Assembly (NCBI GenBank): GCA_050108135.1
Contig: JBNIDQ010000006.1
Location: 80,758-144,757, forward strand
Origin: Candidatus Bathyarchaeia archaeon
Lineage (GTDB): Archaea > Thermoproteota > Bathyarchaeia > Bathyarchaeales > Bathycorpusculaceae
Reading direction: 5' to 3'
Length of the DNA: 64,000 nucleotides
The notes under the pieces were generated by a model. That model was given only the letters and a program-made list of their open reading frames with translations. It was not told where the DNA came from and did not search any database. The first letter of the stretch is position 1, and every line of letters begins with the position of its first letter. A program made the position numbers and the translations under genes. Positions 18,406 through 28,101 of the stretch are shown here, one piece after another.

Positions 18406-19706
18406 TGTTGGAACCTCGCAGCTATTGACTTGTAGTGATTAGGAAGGTTCTCAGCATCGGTTATCACTTTGACGCTGTCTCTAACTCTTTCTAAACCTGT
18501 TCGTGTGCTTTCAACTATGCTTACCCTTCTCATGAAGTCAAACACGGACAACGCAGAGAATGATTGAGCAAACGCTCCCGTAGGCAACACGTGATTAGTT
18601 CCACTAGCGTAATCACTTAACGGTACAGGACTGTAGGGTCCAAGAAGGATTAAGCCCGCAACAAGTTCCTCCGCTAACTCTCTAGGGTTAGCAGTTAGAA
18701 CTTCTAAGTGTTCAGCAGCAAACTGATTAGCTAAACATACCATTTCCTTTACGTTACTACAGACTATAATGAAGCCATACTTTGCTAGTGCCTCAGAAAT
18801 TTTTTCTCCTCTCTGAGTGGACGCAGCAATCTTTGCAAGGTAATCTTGAACGTTTTCTGCAGTTTTTTCTGAAGTTGTTATAAGTCCAGCAACGCTGTCT
18901 CCGCCGTGTTCTGCCTGCGAAATCATGTCATAAGCAATTAGTCGTGCATCTGCTGTTTCGTCTGCTACAATGAGAACTTCACTTGGACCAGCTGGCATGT
19001 CGATGGCGACGTCTGTGGAAACCAAAACCTTTGCTGTAGTCACGTATTTGCTGCCGGGACCAACAATTTTTCGCACAGGTGCTATGGCTCTTGTTCCGTA
19101 AGCTAACGCTGCTATAGCTTGGGCTCCCCCTACCTTGTAAACTTCGTTAACACCGCAAATGTCAGAGGCAACTAGAACCAATGGGTTAACTTTGCCACGG
19201 GCGTCTGAAGGTGAAACTACCACTATTCTTGGAACTCCAGCGATTTTGGCTGGCACAGCAGTCATTACGACTGTGCTTGGGTAAGCCGCTTGACCACCGG
19301 GAACATAGCAGCCGACACTATCCATTGGTTTTAGAACTGTTTGAATGGATATGCCTTCGCTGTTTTGTTTTACCTCTGTTTGTGTAAGTAACTGTTTTTG
19401 GTAGTTGCTGACTCTTTCTTTCATGAATCTTAAAGCTGCAAGTTGTTCGGGGCTGGTTTGACTGTATGCTTCTTTGACTTCTTCAGATCTGACTTTTAAG
19501 GTTTTGAAGGTAAGTTCGGCTTTGTCAAATTTTTGCGCGAACTCGATAAGTGCTCTGTCGCCTTCTGTTTTGACCTTGTTTATTATGCCTTTTACGTTTT
19601 CTTCCAGTTCAGCGGTGGCTTTTTGGTCTGCCTGTTGCCGTTTAAACCAGTCAGAGGGCAGCGTTTGGGCTGTCCACTGCTTGACTATTCTGGTTTGCAT
19701 TGGCAT
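18402..19706 (-). CDS. hisD: Histidinol dehydrogenase
   Basis: VGCYVPGG, GGAQAIAALAYG, DMPAGPSEV, QAEH and YASGTNHVLPT motifs. Confidence 0.97.
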   Translation of the reverse strand: MPMQTRIVKQWTAQTLPSDWFKRQQADQKATAELEENVKGIINKVKTEGDRALIEFAQKFDKAELTFKTLKVRSEEVKEAYSQTSPEQLAALRFMKERVSNYQKQLLTQTEVKQNSEGISIQTVLKPMDSVGCYVPGGQAAYPSTVVMTAVPAKIAGVPRIVVVSPSDARGKVNPLVLVASDICGVNEVYKVGGAQAIAALAYGTRAIAPVRKIVGPGSKYVTTAKVLVSTDVAIDMPAGPSEVLIVADETADARLIAYDMISQAEHGGDSVAGLITTSEKTAENVQDYLAKIAASTQRGEKISEALAKYGFIIVCSNVKEMVCLANQFAAEHLEVLTANPRELAEELVAGLILLGPYSPVPLSDYASGTNHVLPTGAFAQSFSALSVFDFMRRVSIVESTRTGLERVRDSVKVITDAENLPNHYKSIAARFQQ

Positions 19707-20689
19707 TCGTTTCTCCGCGCTATCTCATCTAGCGCTAAAACCTGCCGTGGCTCATAAACCACTAAGCCCTGTGCGATTTTGCGGATTTTCGGTAAAAGCT
19801 CAATTAGGCAGTCTTTCTCGATAACAGTGTTTACGCTAACCCAAGTTTCATCTGCAAGCGGCGAAATGGTTGGGTTTTTCAGTGCCGGCAACTCTGTGAG
19901 CAGGGTTTGCAGATTTTCTTTCTTTACGTTAACAAAGATGTGTATGCGTTTCTGTCCATCAACAACACCTTTGAGCAGTGCAACTACGTCGAAGATTTTT
20001 TCGCGTTTTTCGGGGTCTTCAAGGGCTTTCTTGTTTGCGATTAAAGTGGCTGCTGAACGCAGGACGGTGTCGATTATTTTGAGGTTGTTTGCTTCAAGAG
20101 TTGTGCCTGTTTCTGTTACGTCCATTATGCAGTCAGAGTTTTCTGGAGGTTTTGCTTCTGTTGCGCCGAAGGAAAGGAAAATTTTTGCTTTTGCGTTATC
20201 GCCTTTTCTCCACCATGGAGTTACGAGCATTGGGTCTTGGTCGCCGAAGCGTTTCTTGTAGTTTGGTTGTGCTTTGAGGTAGTCTGAGGCAATGTTTAGG
20301 TATTCAGTGCTGACACGGAAGTTTTTACCTTGACTCCAAATGTACTCCATGTACTCGTTCATGTCTTTCTGGACAACATCTTTAGGAACCGCAATCACGA
20401 GGCGGATTTTTCCGTACTCTAGGTTCTGGAGGATTGCGACGTCTGCACGGTTTTCTTTTACCCAGTCCTCGCCGGTGATGCCTATGTCTTGTAGGCCTTC
20501 GCTTACAAACACTGGGATTTCTTGGGGTCTTAAAACTTTGATTTCGATTTGTGGGTCGTTAAATGATGGTCGGTATGTGCGGTCCATTGCGCCAAGTTTG
20601 TATCCTGATTTATCAAAGAAGTCAGATGTTGCTTTTTGTAGAGAGCCTTTTGGAATGGCAAATTTTATTTTATCCATAAATTTTTTCAC
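19685..20689 (-). CDS. hisG: ATP phosphoribosyltransferase, long form (likely start near 20677)
   Basis: AIPKGSL, RPQEIP..V, DIGITG.D, GATE and D.TETGTTL.AN motifs, plus a C-terminal regulatory domain (PTISPL). Confidence 0.96.
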   Translation of the reverse strand: MKKFMDKIKFAIPKGSLQKATSDFFDKSGYKLGAMDRTYRPSFNDPQIEIKVLRPQEIPVFVSEGLQDIGITGEDWVKENRADVAILQNLEYGKIRLVIAVPKDVVQKDMNEYMEYIWSQGKNFRVSTEYLNIASDYLKAQPNYKKRFGDQDPMLVTPWWRKGDNAKAKIFLSFGATEAKPPENSDCIMDVTETGTTLEANNLKIIDTVLRSAATLIANKKALEDPEKREKIFDVVALLKGVVDGQKRIHIFVNVKKENLQTLLTELPALKNPTISPLADETWVSVNTVIEKDCLIELLPKIRKIAQGLVVYEPRQVLALDEIARRNECQCKPE

Positions 20690-20948
20690 CTAAATTTTTA
20701 GAGAGTACCCTGAGGGGTTTTTTGTTTAGTGACAAAATGCTGTTGAGAAAGATTGCGCCTAATACTAAATAAGAAAACGGTAAATTGCTTATGCTGGGGT
20801 TGTTGCTGTTAAGCTGAATGAAGGCAATCGCCTTGTATGAACGCAATCCCTCATCATATATCACTCAAGGACACCTTAGCAGGTTTCTTGCATATAAACC
20901 TGTTTCCAGAATATTTAACTATTCAAAAAAGGATTGACTGCCTAATGT

Positions 20949-21515
20949 TTAAGCAGTGTTTTTTATTTCGAAAACAAGCGGCGGAACCGAATTTTTCGTT
21001 TCCAACTTGATTCCAAATAATCCTTCCATTATTCCTTCCCAAAGTGGCGCGTCATTAAGAAACGGTGTTTTAAGAAGCAGGTACTTGTCTTTAAGGTAGA
21101 AATCGCCAAAGCCTTGGACACGAAGCCTAGTGAAAACTGCTTCCCAATTCTCCTGTTTTGAAGAGTCAACGCCAAGGGTTGTTTCCATTGAGACTTTGAG
21201 GGCGTCTCCCATTTTTTTGCCTATGTCGTGCCATTTTTCTTTTGGAATGTTTTGGATTAGGATGTTGATTAATTCTACGTTGACAAAAGCGATTCTGCTG
21301 ATTCCGCAGTAGTATTCTCCTGGGAACCGCCAATCGTAAATCATCATGCTTCGGTAGATGTCAAGCATTTTGGAGATTAATGGTTTGATTCCTGGTTCTT
21401 TGCCGTCTCTGATTAGTTGGTCGATGAAGTCGCGTTCATCCTGTTCTAGGATGATTGTGGTTCTTTTGGCTTCTTCGCTTGCTGGCTGCTCTAGCTTTTT
21501 CTTGCTTGACTGCAT
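20949..21515 (-). CDS. Putative ribbon-helix-helix regulator with a C-terminal V4R-like domain
   Basis: N-terminal RTTIILEQDERDFIDQLI resembles an RHH beta-alpha-alpha unit. The C-terminal GKKMG...LRVQGFGDF pattern resembles V4R/4VR-type domains. Family assignment is pattern-based. Confidence 0.55.
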   Translation of the reverse strand: MQSSKKKLEQPASEEAKRTTIILEQDERDFIDQLIRDGKEPGIKPLISKMLDIYRSMMIYDWRFPGEYYCGISRIAFVNVELINILIQNIPKEKWHDIGKKMGDALKVSMETTLGVDSSKQENWEAVFTRLRVQGFGDFYLKDKYLLLKTPFLNDAPLWEGIMEGLFGIKLETKNSVPPLVFEIKNTA

Positions 21516-21619
21516 AAATGTTATTGCTCAAGTCATACCTAATATGCTTTACGCATTTTTGTGTAACAAACCTCCCTAACTTCGACTTACAGCCTAATCA
21601 TGCCGAGAACGTAGACGTT

Positions 21620-22414
21620 TTACATGGACCTTAAATCAATGGACCTGTGGGGCAACTGCGGGCTTTGAATCTCCCGAACCTCTACCAAAGCATTCTCATC
21701 AAATGGATTAATTCTCAAAGCCAAAGAGAACAGGTAGGGGTAGTCTATTTTAAGATGCTTCACATAATCCAGCCACTGCAAAATAAGCTGGATATACGCT
21801 CTTTTCATATCCTCAGAAAGATGATCGTAGTCTGATTGAGGCAATGTTGTCAAATTGGGTCTGTTGACTAATTCGTCGGTCAAATGGAGGATTGCTAAAA
21901 GCAAATTAGTGAAAGACTCATGTTCAACTAAATTCGGGTTGTCAAGCAAATTTAGTATAAACTGTCTTTTGTTTATCAAAAAAATCTTAACTTGCGTAAG
22001 GTCATGTCTTTTACTATCCATGATACCGCTATGCTGAGCAATGTTTTGTTTTGTTTTTATGAAGTCTTTGTTTGACCACTCTTTTGTGACTAAGAGTTTT
22101 TTCTTAAAATCATCTGTGTTGGTATCAAATTTTAAGCATATTTTCAGTAAATCTGTGCCTACTTCGCTGAAAAACGTGTCAATTACTATATTGATTTTTT
22201 TCATGACGGACTGTTTTTCCCTGTAAACAAGCAAGCGGTGCAATACGAGCGTTACAATTAACACGTCTATGAAAAGAAAGGCTATATCGCCTATTAGGTA
22301 AATGAAAATGTGATGCAAATCTCCAAAAATCAAGTAATGAAGAAAATAGAAAGAGCCTGAAAGAGTTACTAGAATTAAAGCAAGAGCTATCTGCCAATTA
22401 AATTGTTTTTTCAT
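21620..22414 (-). CDS. Conserved hypothetical membrane protein (two N-terminal TM helices plus cytoplasmic domain)
   Basis: HHIFIYLIGDIAF TM region, FFSEVG, LLDNPNLVEHESFT and DYPYLFSLALR.NPF; no function recognised. Confidence 0.7.
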   Translation of the reverse strand: MKKQFNWQIALALILVTLSGSFYFLHYLIFGDLHHIFIYLIGDIAFLFIDVLIVTLVLHRLLVYREKQSVMKKINIVIDTFFSEVGTDLLKICLKFDTNTDDFKKKLLVTKEWSNKDFIKTKQNIAQHSGIMDSKRHDLTQVKIFLINKRQFILNLLDNPNLVEHESFTNLLLAILHLTDELVNRPNLTTLPQSDYDHLSEDMKRAYIQLILQWLDYVKHLKIDYPYLFSLALRINPFDENALVEVREIQSPQLPHRSIDLRSM

Positions 22415-22582
22415 TTTCAGCCCTCTCTAAAACATTGTGAAATCTAAATATCAAATTTAAAGACCTTAAATTTTAACCATCCCGTTTGAAATCAAGTAAT
22501 ACCCATTGGATTTTTCAAAATAGGCAAGAAAATATCCTTTGCAAAAGAATACTTAATAAAATACGTGCCTCTTTAACAGGTC

Positions 22583-22637
22583 GCCGATGAAGAATCTTAA
22601 AAGCTGATTTGATGATGCACCCTAGGGTATCTGAGGC
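22583..22637 (+). ncRNA. Probable C/D-box guide sRNA
   Basis: GCC-(C)GATGA-AGAATCTTAAAAG-CTGA-TT-TGATGA-TGCACCCTAGGGTAT-CTGA-GGC gives C, D', C', D boxes at canonical spacing. Terminal GCC/GGC stem; TATA-like CTTAATAAA about 25 bp upstream. Confidence 0.8.
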
Positions 22638-22643
22638 AAAACT

Positions 22644-22868
22644 TTAGGTTACTACTTTCTTTCTAATAAGAAACAGCAAGTCTGCAACGCCGACAAGAAA
22701 AACTATAAACCCTAAAGTAACAGCGACAGAAAAACCAACACCTAACACTTCATTTAAAATCAAAGCAAAATATGTGGGTCCACCAAAAATGCAAATCACT
22801 GCAACCATTATCAAAAAAACGCGCAAAAATTTAGATTCAATAGTTCCATAAGACATTTTGAACACCAA
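22644..22868 (-). CDS. Small two-TM membrane protein
   Basis: 74-aa ORF with two hydrophobic helices, directly downstream of the PAC2 gene. Confidence 0.7.
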   Translation of the reverse strand: MVFKMSYGTIESKFLRVFLIMVAVICIFGGPTYFALILNEVLGVGFSVAVTLGFIVFLVGVADLLFLIRKKVVT

Positions 22869-22875
22869 AAAGCAG

Positions 22876-23562
22876 TTACTGTTCTGGTGTAATGTCTTCT
22901 TTTAGCCCCTCTTTTATCTCTTTTCCCAACGCCTTCATGAGGAATTTGAAAACCAAAAAGCCTGCTTCCTTGTCAGCTTTAAAGCCCAAAGTCGTACCTA
23001 ACAAGCAGACTCCGTCAAGGTTGCGTTCTTTAGCTAATGCTAAGGTTAAGCCTGTGCCGCCGACAATTCTGCCTTTGCTGTAGATGACTCCGCCTTTCTC
23101 CATAAAATCAGCTGCGAGGCGGTTTGAGGTTGCTGCAACGAAGACTTCTGTTTTGTCTTCTGTGATTGGGACGCCGCCCATTGTTACGATGAATTTGCAG
23201 CCTAAAGATTCGGCAAAGTTCAGGACTTCTTGGCACACTGCGTAATGGGCTACTACGTCGTCGAATGAGGGTTGGATTTCGCCGCTCATAATGATTAGGT
23301 TGTTTTTCTCCATTGGAGCATAATAGAAGTCATATTTTGGCAGGTGCGCAACACCTTTTGAAGTTATTGAGATGTAGTCTGGGAATGATGGCGAGTAAAG
23401 TTCCGCGAAAGGTTTTGCTTCGAAAAACTTTACAAGTAAATGAGCTGCGATTCTGCCGACGTTTCCAAAGCCTGGAAGCCCTTGAACAAAGATTGGGTTT
23501 TCAAGTGGCGGATTTGAAAGCACACTTAAGTATGGTTTATCCATTAAGACTGCCTTGCACAT
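22876..23562 (-). CDS. PAC2 (proteasome assembly chaperone) family protein
   Basis: GLPGFGNVGRIAAHLL, ELYSPSFP, TMGG and GRIVGGTG motifs. Confidence 0.9.
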   Translation of the reverse strand: MCKAVLMDKPYLSVLSNPPLENPIFVQGLPGFGNVGRIAAHLLVKFFEAKPFAELYSPSFPDYISITSKGVAHLPKYDFYYAPMEKNNLIIMSGEIQPSFDDVVAHYAVCQEVLNFAESLGCKFIVTMGGVPITEDKTEVFVAATSNRLAADFMEKGGVIYSKGRIVGGTGLTLALAKERNLDGVCLLGTTLGFKADKEAGFLVFKFLMKALGKEIKEGLKEDITPEQ

Positions 23563-23675
23563 CTAAATATTCTTCACACTAAAATGCTTTTGCCGCACTG
23601 TAGAAACGAAACTATTAATACCTGACAACTAAGTTTAATAGACTGCAAAAACAAAAAAGTGTTTGCACCACGCGT

Positions 23676-23754
23676 AGCGGGGTGGGGTAGCCAGGATTAA
23701 CCCGCTGGGCTCATAACCCAGAGATCGATAGTTCAAATCTATTCCCCGCTACCA
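23676..23754 (+). tRNA. Initiator tRNA-Met(CAT), CCA encoded
   Basis: A1-U72 pair (AGCGGGG/CCCCGCT), anticodon stem CTGGG/CCCAG with three consecutive G-C pairs around CTCATAA, TTCAAAT T-loop. Confidence 0.95.
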
Positions 23755-24047
23755 ATCAACTCTTATTCTAAAAAACAATTTTTCTCCAGAAAATCCTCTT
23801 TGCGCTTGCTTAAATCTATATTTTCTAAATATTTTATGTATGAAATTCTTATTTCCTTTTGCCGCTCAATAGTTTTTGTAAATAGCTTGGCGGCTACCTT
23901 ACATCTGTTTCAGTTTGCCTTGGCAGGCCGTTGGCACACTGCAAAAGCATCTCTGCAGACAATTGGGCTAATGACCTGTCAAGGTGTTGCTTTGTGTTTA
24001 GCATTTATTTACTCGCGAACCTAACTGTTGGGTAACCGTGTCTTTCC

Positions 24048-24893
24048 ATGACAAAATACAAAGCATTGCCCCTCACTACAGCATTCTGGAAACCCAAAAC
24101 AGATTATCTTTCCAGCATCGTTAAAGCTGTAGCGGGCAAAGTGGCTGACGGCGACTTCGTGGTAGTTTCGGAGAAAGCAATCTCCACTGCGTTGGGCAAC
24201 ATTTTGGATGAAAGCAAGATTGTTGCTGGAGGAAACGCCAAGTTTCTTGCAGGGTTTTGGATGCGAAACGTTTGGGGCTACCCTTTAGGAGTGTTGTGCC
24301 ATTTTGGTCAGCGCCTGCTCCGTCGGCTTCGGCAGTACCCTTCTAAGTCAGGAAGCAAGCACAAGCAGGTTGCGTTGGAGTATGCGGGTTTGGGTCAGGC
24401 ATTAATGTTTGGTTCTGAAGGCGCAATTGACGGGTCAAATCTGCCGTATTCGCTGGTTAGTTTGCCCCTAAAAGATGCCGCTGAAGTCGCCGAGCAAATC
24501 TGCAGGGAAATCCGTGCAAGGCTGGGAAAATCTGTTTGCGTGGTTATTGTTGACACGGACAAGACGTATCGGTTTGGCAACTTCTTTTTTACGCCTCGTC
24601 CTCGTCCGCTTCGGGGGATTCATTCGTTTAATCGGTTTGCATTGTTAGTGTATGTTGTTGGCAAGTTTTTGAGGCTCCGAAAAAGCTCTACGCCGCTTGC
24701 AGTTGCTGGCTGTGGGCTTGGGGCTGCGGAAGCGTTAAAGATTGCTAACATTGCTGACCGTGCTCGTGGTGCCGGGTCGGGGGCGACGGTGTGGGATATG
24801 GCTTCACGTTTTCACGTGCAGGTTAACGGTGTCACGTGGGCTATGCTTACGCAAGTTGAACATAACCCTATAGTTATTATCAGAAAGACATAG
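24048..24893 (+). CDS. Coenzyme F420-0:gamma-glutamyl ligase (CofE)-like family protein
   Basis: VVVSEKAIS, G.IDGSN and VCVVIVDTD motifs; actual substrate unknown. Confidence 0.7.
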   Translation: MTKYKALPLTTAFWKPKTDYLSSIVKAVAGKVADGDFVVVSEKAISTALGNILDESKIVAGGNAKFLAGFWMRNVWGYPLGVLCHFGQRLLRRLRQYPSKSGSKHKQVALEYAGLGQALMFGSEGAIDGSNLPYSLVSLPLKDAAEVAEQICREIRARLGKSVCVVIVDTDKTYRFGNFFFTPRPRPLRGIHSFNRFALLVYVVGKFLRLRKSSTPLAVAGCGLGAAEALKIANIADRARGAGSGATVWDMASRFHVQVNGVTWAMLTQVEHNPIVIIRKT

Positions 24894-25014
24894 CGATGCA
24901 ATGAATCATTGGATAATTAGTGGAAGATTCAACATTGTTTATGCTGGAATTGTTTTTTGCATAGTAAGACATAAAAATAAGCCTCAGACTTTTTAGGAAA
25001 AGACCGGGATTACC

Positions 25015-26520
25015 ATGGAAGAGTCAATACAAAAATTAGATGCGTTCTTTAATCCTCGCTCAGTAGCAGTCATTGGCGCAACAAAGAAAGAAGGAAAAGC
25101 AGGTGCAGTTATTTTCAAAAACTTCGCCACAAACAAGCTACGAGGCGTATTTAAAGGCGAACTTTACCCAATTAACCCAAAAGAACCAGAAATTTTAGGT
25201 TTCAAATGTTACGAAACACTCAGCAAAGTCCCAGGCGATGTGGACTTAGTCGTTATTATTGTTCCAACAGGTGCCGTTGCAGGCGTCTTAGAAGAAGCCG
25301 GCAGCAAGAATACTAAAGCAGCAGTTATTATCAGCGCAGGTTTCAAAGAAGTTGGAAACCACAAGGCTGAAGAAGAAGTAATCGCTGTTGCCAAGAAACA
25401 CGGCATACGCGTACTTGGCCCTAACTGTCTTGGCGTATTTTATGCTAAAACTGGTGTAGACAGTCTCTTTTTGCCAGAAATCAAGAAATTGTCAACAGGC
25501 AAAGAAGTTGTTGCTACTCCACGTCCAATGCCAGGAAACATTGCAATGATTACTCAAAGCGGCGCTTTCGGCTCTGCTGCCCTCGACTACCTTACAGGTC
25601 GCCAAATGGGTGTATCTAAATTCGTTAGTTTCGGTAACAAATGTGACGCGTCAGAATCAGACATTCTGGAATACTTAATGGAAGATGACGAGACACACGC
25701 TATCCTCATCTACCTTGAAGACATCAAGTCAGGCAAAGACTTCCTAAGAATCGCAAAGAAAGTAACCCTCAAAAAACCAGTCGTTGTCATAAAATCAGGC
25801 AAATCTGAAGCAGGCGCACGCGCAGCAGCCTCACACACAGGCGCAATCGCTGGTGCCGACAAAATCTACGATGCAGCCTTTGACAAGACAGGTGTTATCC
25901 GTGCAAAGAACATGGATGAATTCTTCGACATCGGCAAAGCCTTGGCAAGCATGAAACCATCCGTTGGCTCAAACATCGGCATTCTTACTGATGCAGGTGG
26001 CCCAGGTGTCATGTGCGTTGACGAATGTGAAATTGTTGGCTTAACTGTTAACAAGTTCAGTGACGCAACCATTGCAAAGTTTGAGGAACTGAAAACAAAC
26101 GGTACTATCCTTACAATCGCTGCAACCCACAACCCAGTTGACTTAACCGGCAGCGTTACCGACGACCAATTTATCGCTGCAGCTGACTTAATGTTCCAAG
26201 AACCAACAATCTGCGGCATCATCTTCCTCGGCTTACACCACATGCCAGGCTTACAAGAAAAATACATTACAGGCGTTGCAGAAATCGCGGCAAAATATGA
26301 CAAACCAATTGTTGCATGCGACATCGGCGAAACCGAAATGGCACTTTACACAAGAAGCCACTTTGACCGTCTAGGCCTTCCATCATACAGTTCACCAGAA
26401 GACGCAGCCCACGCAATGAAAGCCCTGCTCACATACGGCAGCTACCTACAAAAGAACGGCGCTCTTGACGCATACATCGAAGAATACAACAAACGCAAAG
26501 CAGCAACAACAAAACAGTAA
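25015..26520 (+). CDS. acdA: ADP-forming acetate/acyl-CoA ligase alpha subunit (CoA-binding protein)
   Basis: FFNPRSVAVIGAT, IISAGFKEVG, RVLGPNCLG, TQSGAFG, ASHTGAIAG (phospho-His) and NPVDLTG motifs. Confidence 0.88.
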   Translation: MEESIQKLDAFFNPRSVAVIGATKKEGKAGAVIFKNFATNKLRGVFKGELYPINPKEPEILGFKCYETLSKVPGDVDLVVIIVPTGAVAGVLEEAGSKNTKAAVIISAGFKEVGNHKAEEEVIAVAKKHGIRVLGPNCLGVFYAKTGVDSLFLPEIKKLSTGKEVVATPRPMPGNIAMITQSGAFGSAALDYLTGRQMGVSKFVSFGNKCDASESDILEYLMEDDETHAILIYLEDIKSGKDFLRIAKKVTLKKPVVVIKSGKSEAGARAAASHTGAIAGADKIYDAAFDKTGVIRAKNMDEFFDIGKALASMKPSVGSNIGILTDAGGPGVMCVDECEIVGLTVNKFSDATIAKFEELKTNGTILTIAATHNPVDLTGSVTDDQFIAAADLMFQEPTICGIIFLGLHHMPGLQEKYITGVAEIAAKYDKPIVACDIGETEMALYTRSHFDRLGLPSYSSPEDAAHAMKALLTYGSYLQKNGALDAYIEEYNKRKAATTKQ

Positions 26521-26587
26521 CCACAAGTTACTGCCCAACCTTTAATTTTATCTTTTGTTTCTTTTTTAAAAAATTGTTTTTTGCTTT

Positions 26588-26974
26588 TTAGATTGTTACT
26601 GTTACGGTTATTGTGTCGCCGTCTTTGATGTTGCATTGGTTTCTTAGGTTGCCTGCTGCTATGATTTCGAGTAGGTCTTTTGGGTAGCTTGGCACGTCTG
26701 GAACAACCACGTAGCAGTCGCTGTGGAAAATTTTGGCTTTGTAGAGGTATCCGGGTAGGTAACCGTTTTTGGGTTTAACTAACGCTCCATTCTGCGGTGT
26801 TAAGCTGGTGCGTTGCTTGGTGCTTTCTGGGTTCAGGTGCAGGTTTAGGGTTCCCGGGTAGGCTTGGAAACCGGTGATTTGGGTTAGTTGCTGTTTTACC
26901 CATGGCATTTCCAGAAAGATTTTGCCGTGTCCTTTCCCAGTGAAAACTGTGCCAGTAAACTTTAATGTATTCAA
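26588..26974 (-). CDS. ribK: CTP-dependent riboflavin kinase (no HTH domain)
   Basis: GTVFTGKGHG, YPGTLNLHL, LEIIA...LR and IKDGD motifs. Confidence 0.85.
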   Translation of the reverse strand: MNTLKFTGTVFTGKGHGKIFLEMPWVKQQLTQITGFQAYPGTLNLHLNPESTKQRTSLTPQNGALVKPKNGYLPGYLYKAKIFHSDCYVVVPDVPSYPKDLLEIIAAGNLRNQCNIKDGDTITVTVTI

Positions 26975-26998
26975 AAATGGTTCCTCAAAAAAGGGTGT

Positions 26999-27379
26999 TT
27001 ATTGTGGCTGCTGTTTTAGCCATTCAGCTACGCCCTTGAGAATCGGGTCAGACGAAATGTCCACAACAGGCACAATCATCTTTTCCTTCGTTTCAATAAT
27101 GGCTGCAAACTTTGGCATAACAGCATACCCCAAATAGGTCCAATATACTTTGCGTTTCTCAAGTAGCTCCTTAGCGACTGCTGCTGTGGACGCTGGCAAC
27201 GGGAAATACAAGAACACTACCCCATCAGCCCAGTACAAGCCTGCCAGTTTACCTCCTGCAATAACAGAAGTAAAACGTGCAAGCTCCTCAGGGCTGCTGA
27301 AATGGTTCTTCTCCATAACAACAATTTCGCTGAAAGGCTCATAAGAAACAGTGACTTGAGGTTTGCTCATGGAATTCAC
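26999..27379 (-). CDS. Conserved hypothetical protein
   Basis: 126-aa ORF co-oriented with ribK; normal composition (YWADGVVF). Confidence 0.7.
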   Translation of the reverse strand: MNSMSKPQVTVSYEPFSEIVVMEKNHFSSPEELARFTSVIAGGKLAGLYWADGVVFLYFPLPASTAAVAKELLEKRKVYWTYLGYAVMPKFAAIIETKEKMIVPVVDISSDPILKGVAEWLKQQPQ

Positions 27380-27673
27380 CTAGCAAATAGTTAGGTAACA
27401 AAGAGCAAACGCTCCCCTTTTAAGATTCCCTATGACGTTTTACATTTTTAGAGAACATGATATTTCTCTTACGTTACAGCCAAAAGGTGACGTTGAAAAA
27501 ACACGTACTCATGTTTTTAGAAATATTGACTTTTTGTTGGTTTGGAAAATAACCCTTAACACCTCGCAGTTATCTCCATAAGCTACCTAAATGTTTAAGT
27601 TAAAGCAACTTCTTAAAGACCAAGTTAATTCGTCGCTATTTTTGTAGCTTAAAATTAACAGGAACAAAAAGTT

Positions 27674-27898
27674 ATGTCTGATAAAGTTTCAACCCAAATA
27701 AAATGTAGTGACTGCGGAAAAACAGCCACCGTTAATTTTAAGCCCTCCCCAGATAGACCAGTTTATTGTCGTGACTGTTTACCTAAGCACAGAAACTCAG
27801 CTCCAAGAACCGACTCGGGCAATCGAATGCAAACAAGACGTGCGAGTTCTGACAGTGGCGATCAAGCATGGTCTAGACGCCGTGAAAGTTGGAAATAA
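27674..27898 (+). CDS. CxxC-x17-CxxC zinc-ribbon protein
   Basis: CSDCG...VNFKP..DRPVYCRDC motif with an Arg-rich tail. Confidence 0.85.
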   Translation: MSDKVSTQIKCSDCGKTATVNFKPSPDRPVYCRDCLPKHRNSAPRTDSGNRMQTRRASSDSGDQAWSRRRESWK

Positions 27899-28101
27899 CC
27901 TAGCACACGTTTGAAACCCTCTTTTTCAAATAGATGAGTGCCAGTTTCGGTCAGTGCGGCAAACGCTTTGAAGCAATTAGTTGCTAAGTCTGTTTGGAAA
28001 ATGAGTGGTGAGAATAGTTCTTTTGAAATAAATATTGATGAGTTTTGTTTATTGTGTTTCTTTTTTGCTAAAAGTTATATTCAGAACGTGCTTAATTATC
28101 G

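Noticed and set aside
20800-20862. ATGATGA on the minus strand as the C box of a second C/D sRNA
   Set aside because: No CTGA D or D' boxes at the appropriate spacing.
20670-20864. 64-aa ORF upstream of hisG as a His attenuator peptide
   Set aside because: It contains no His codons and overlaps the hisG start; it is probably spurious.
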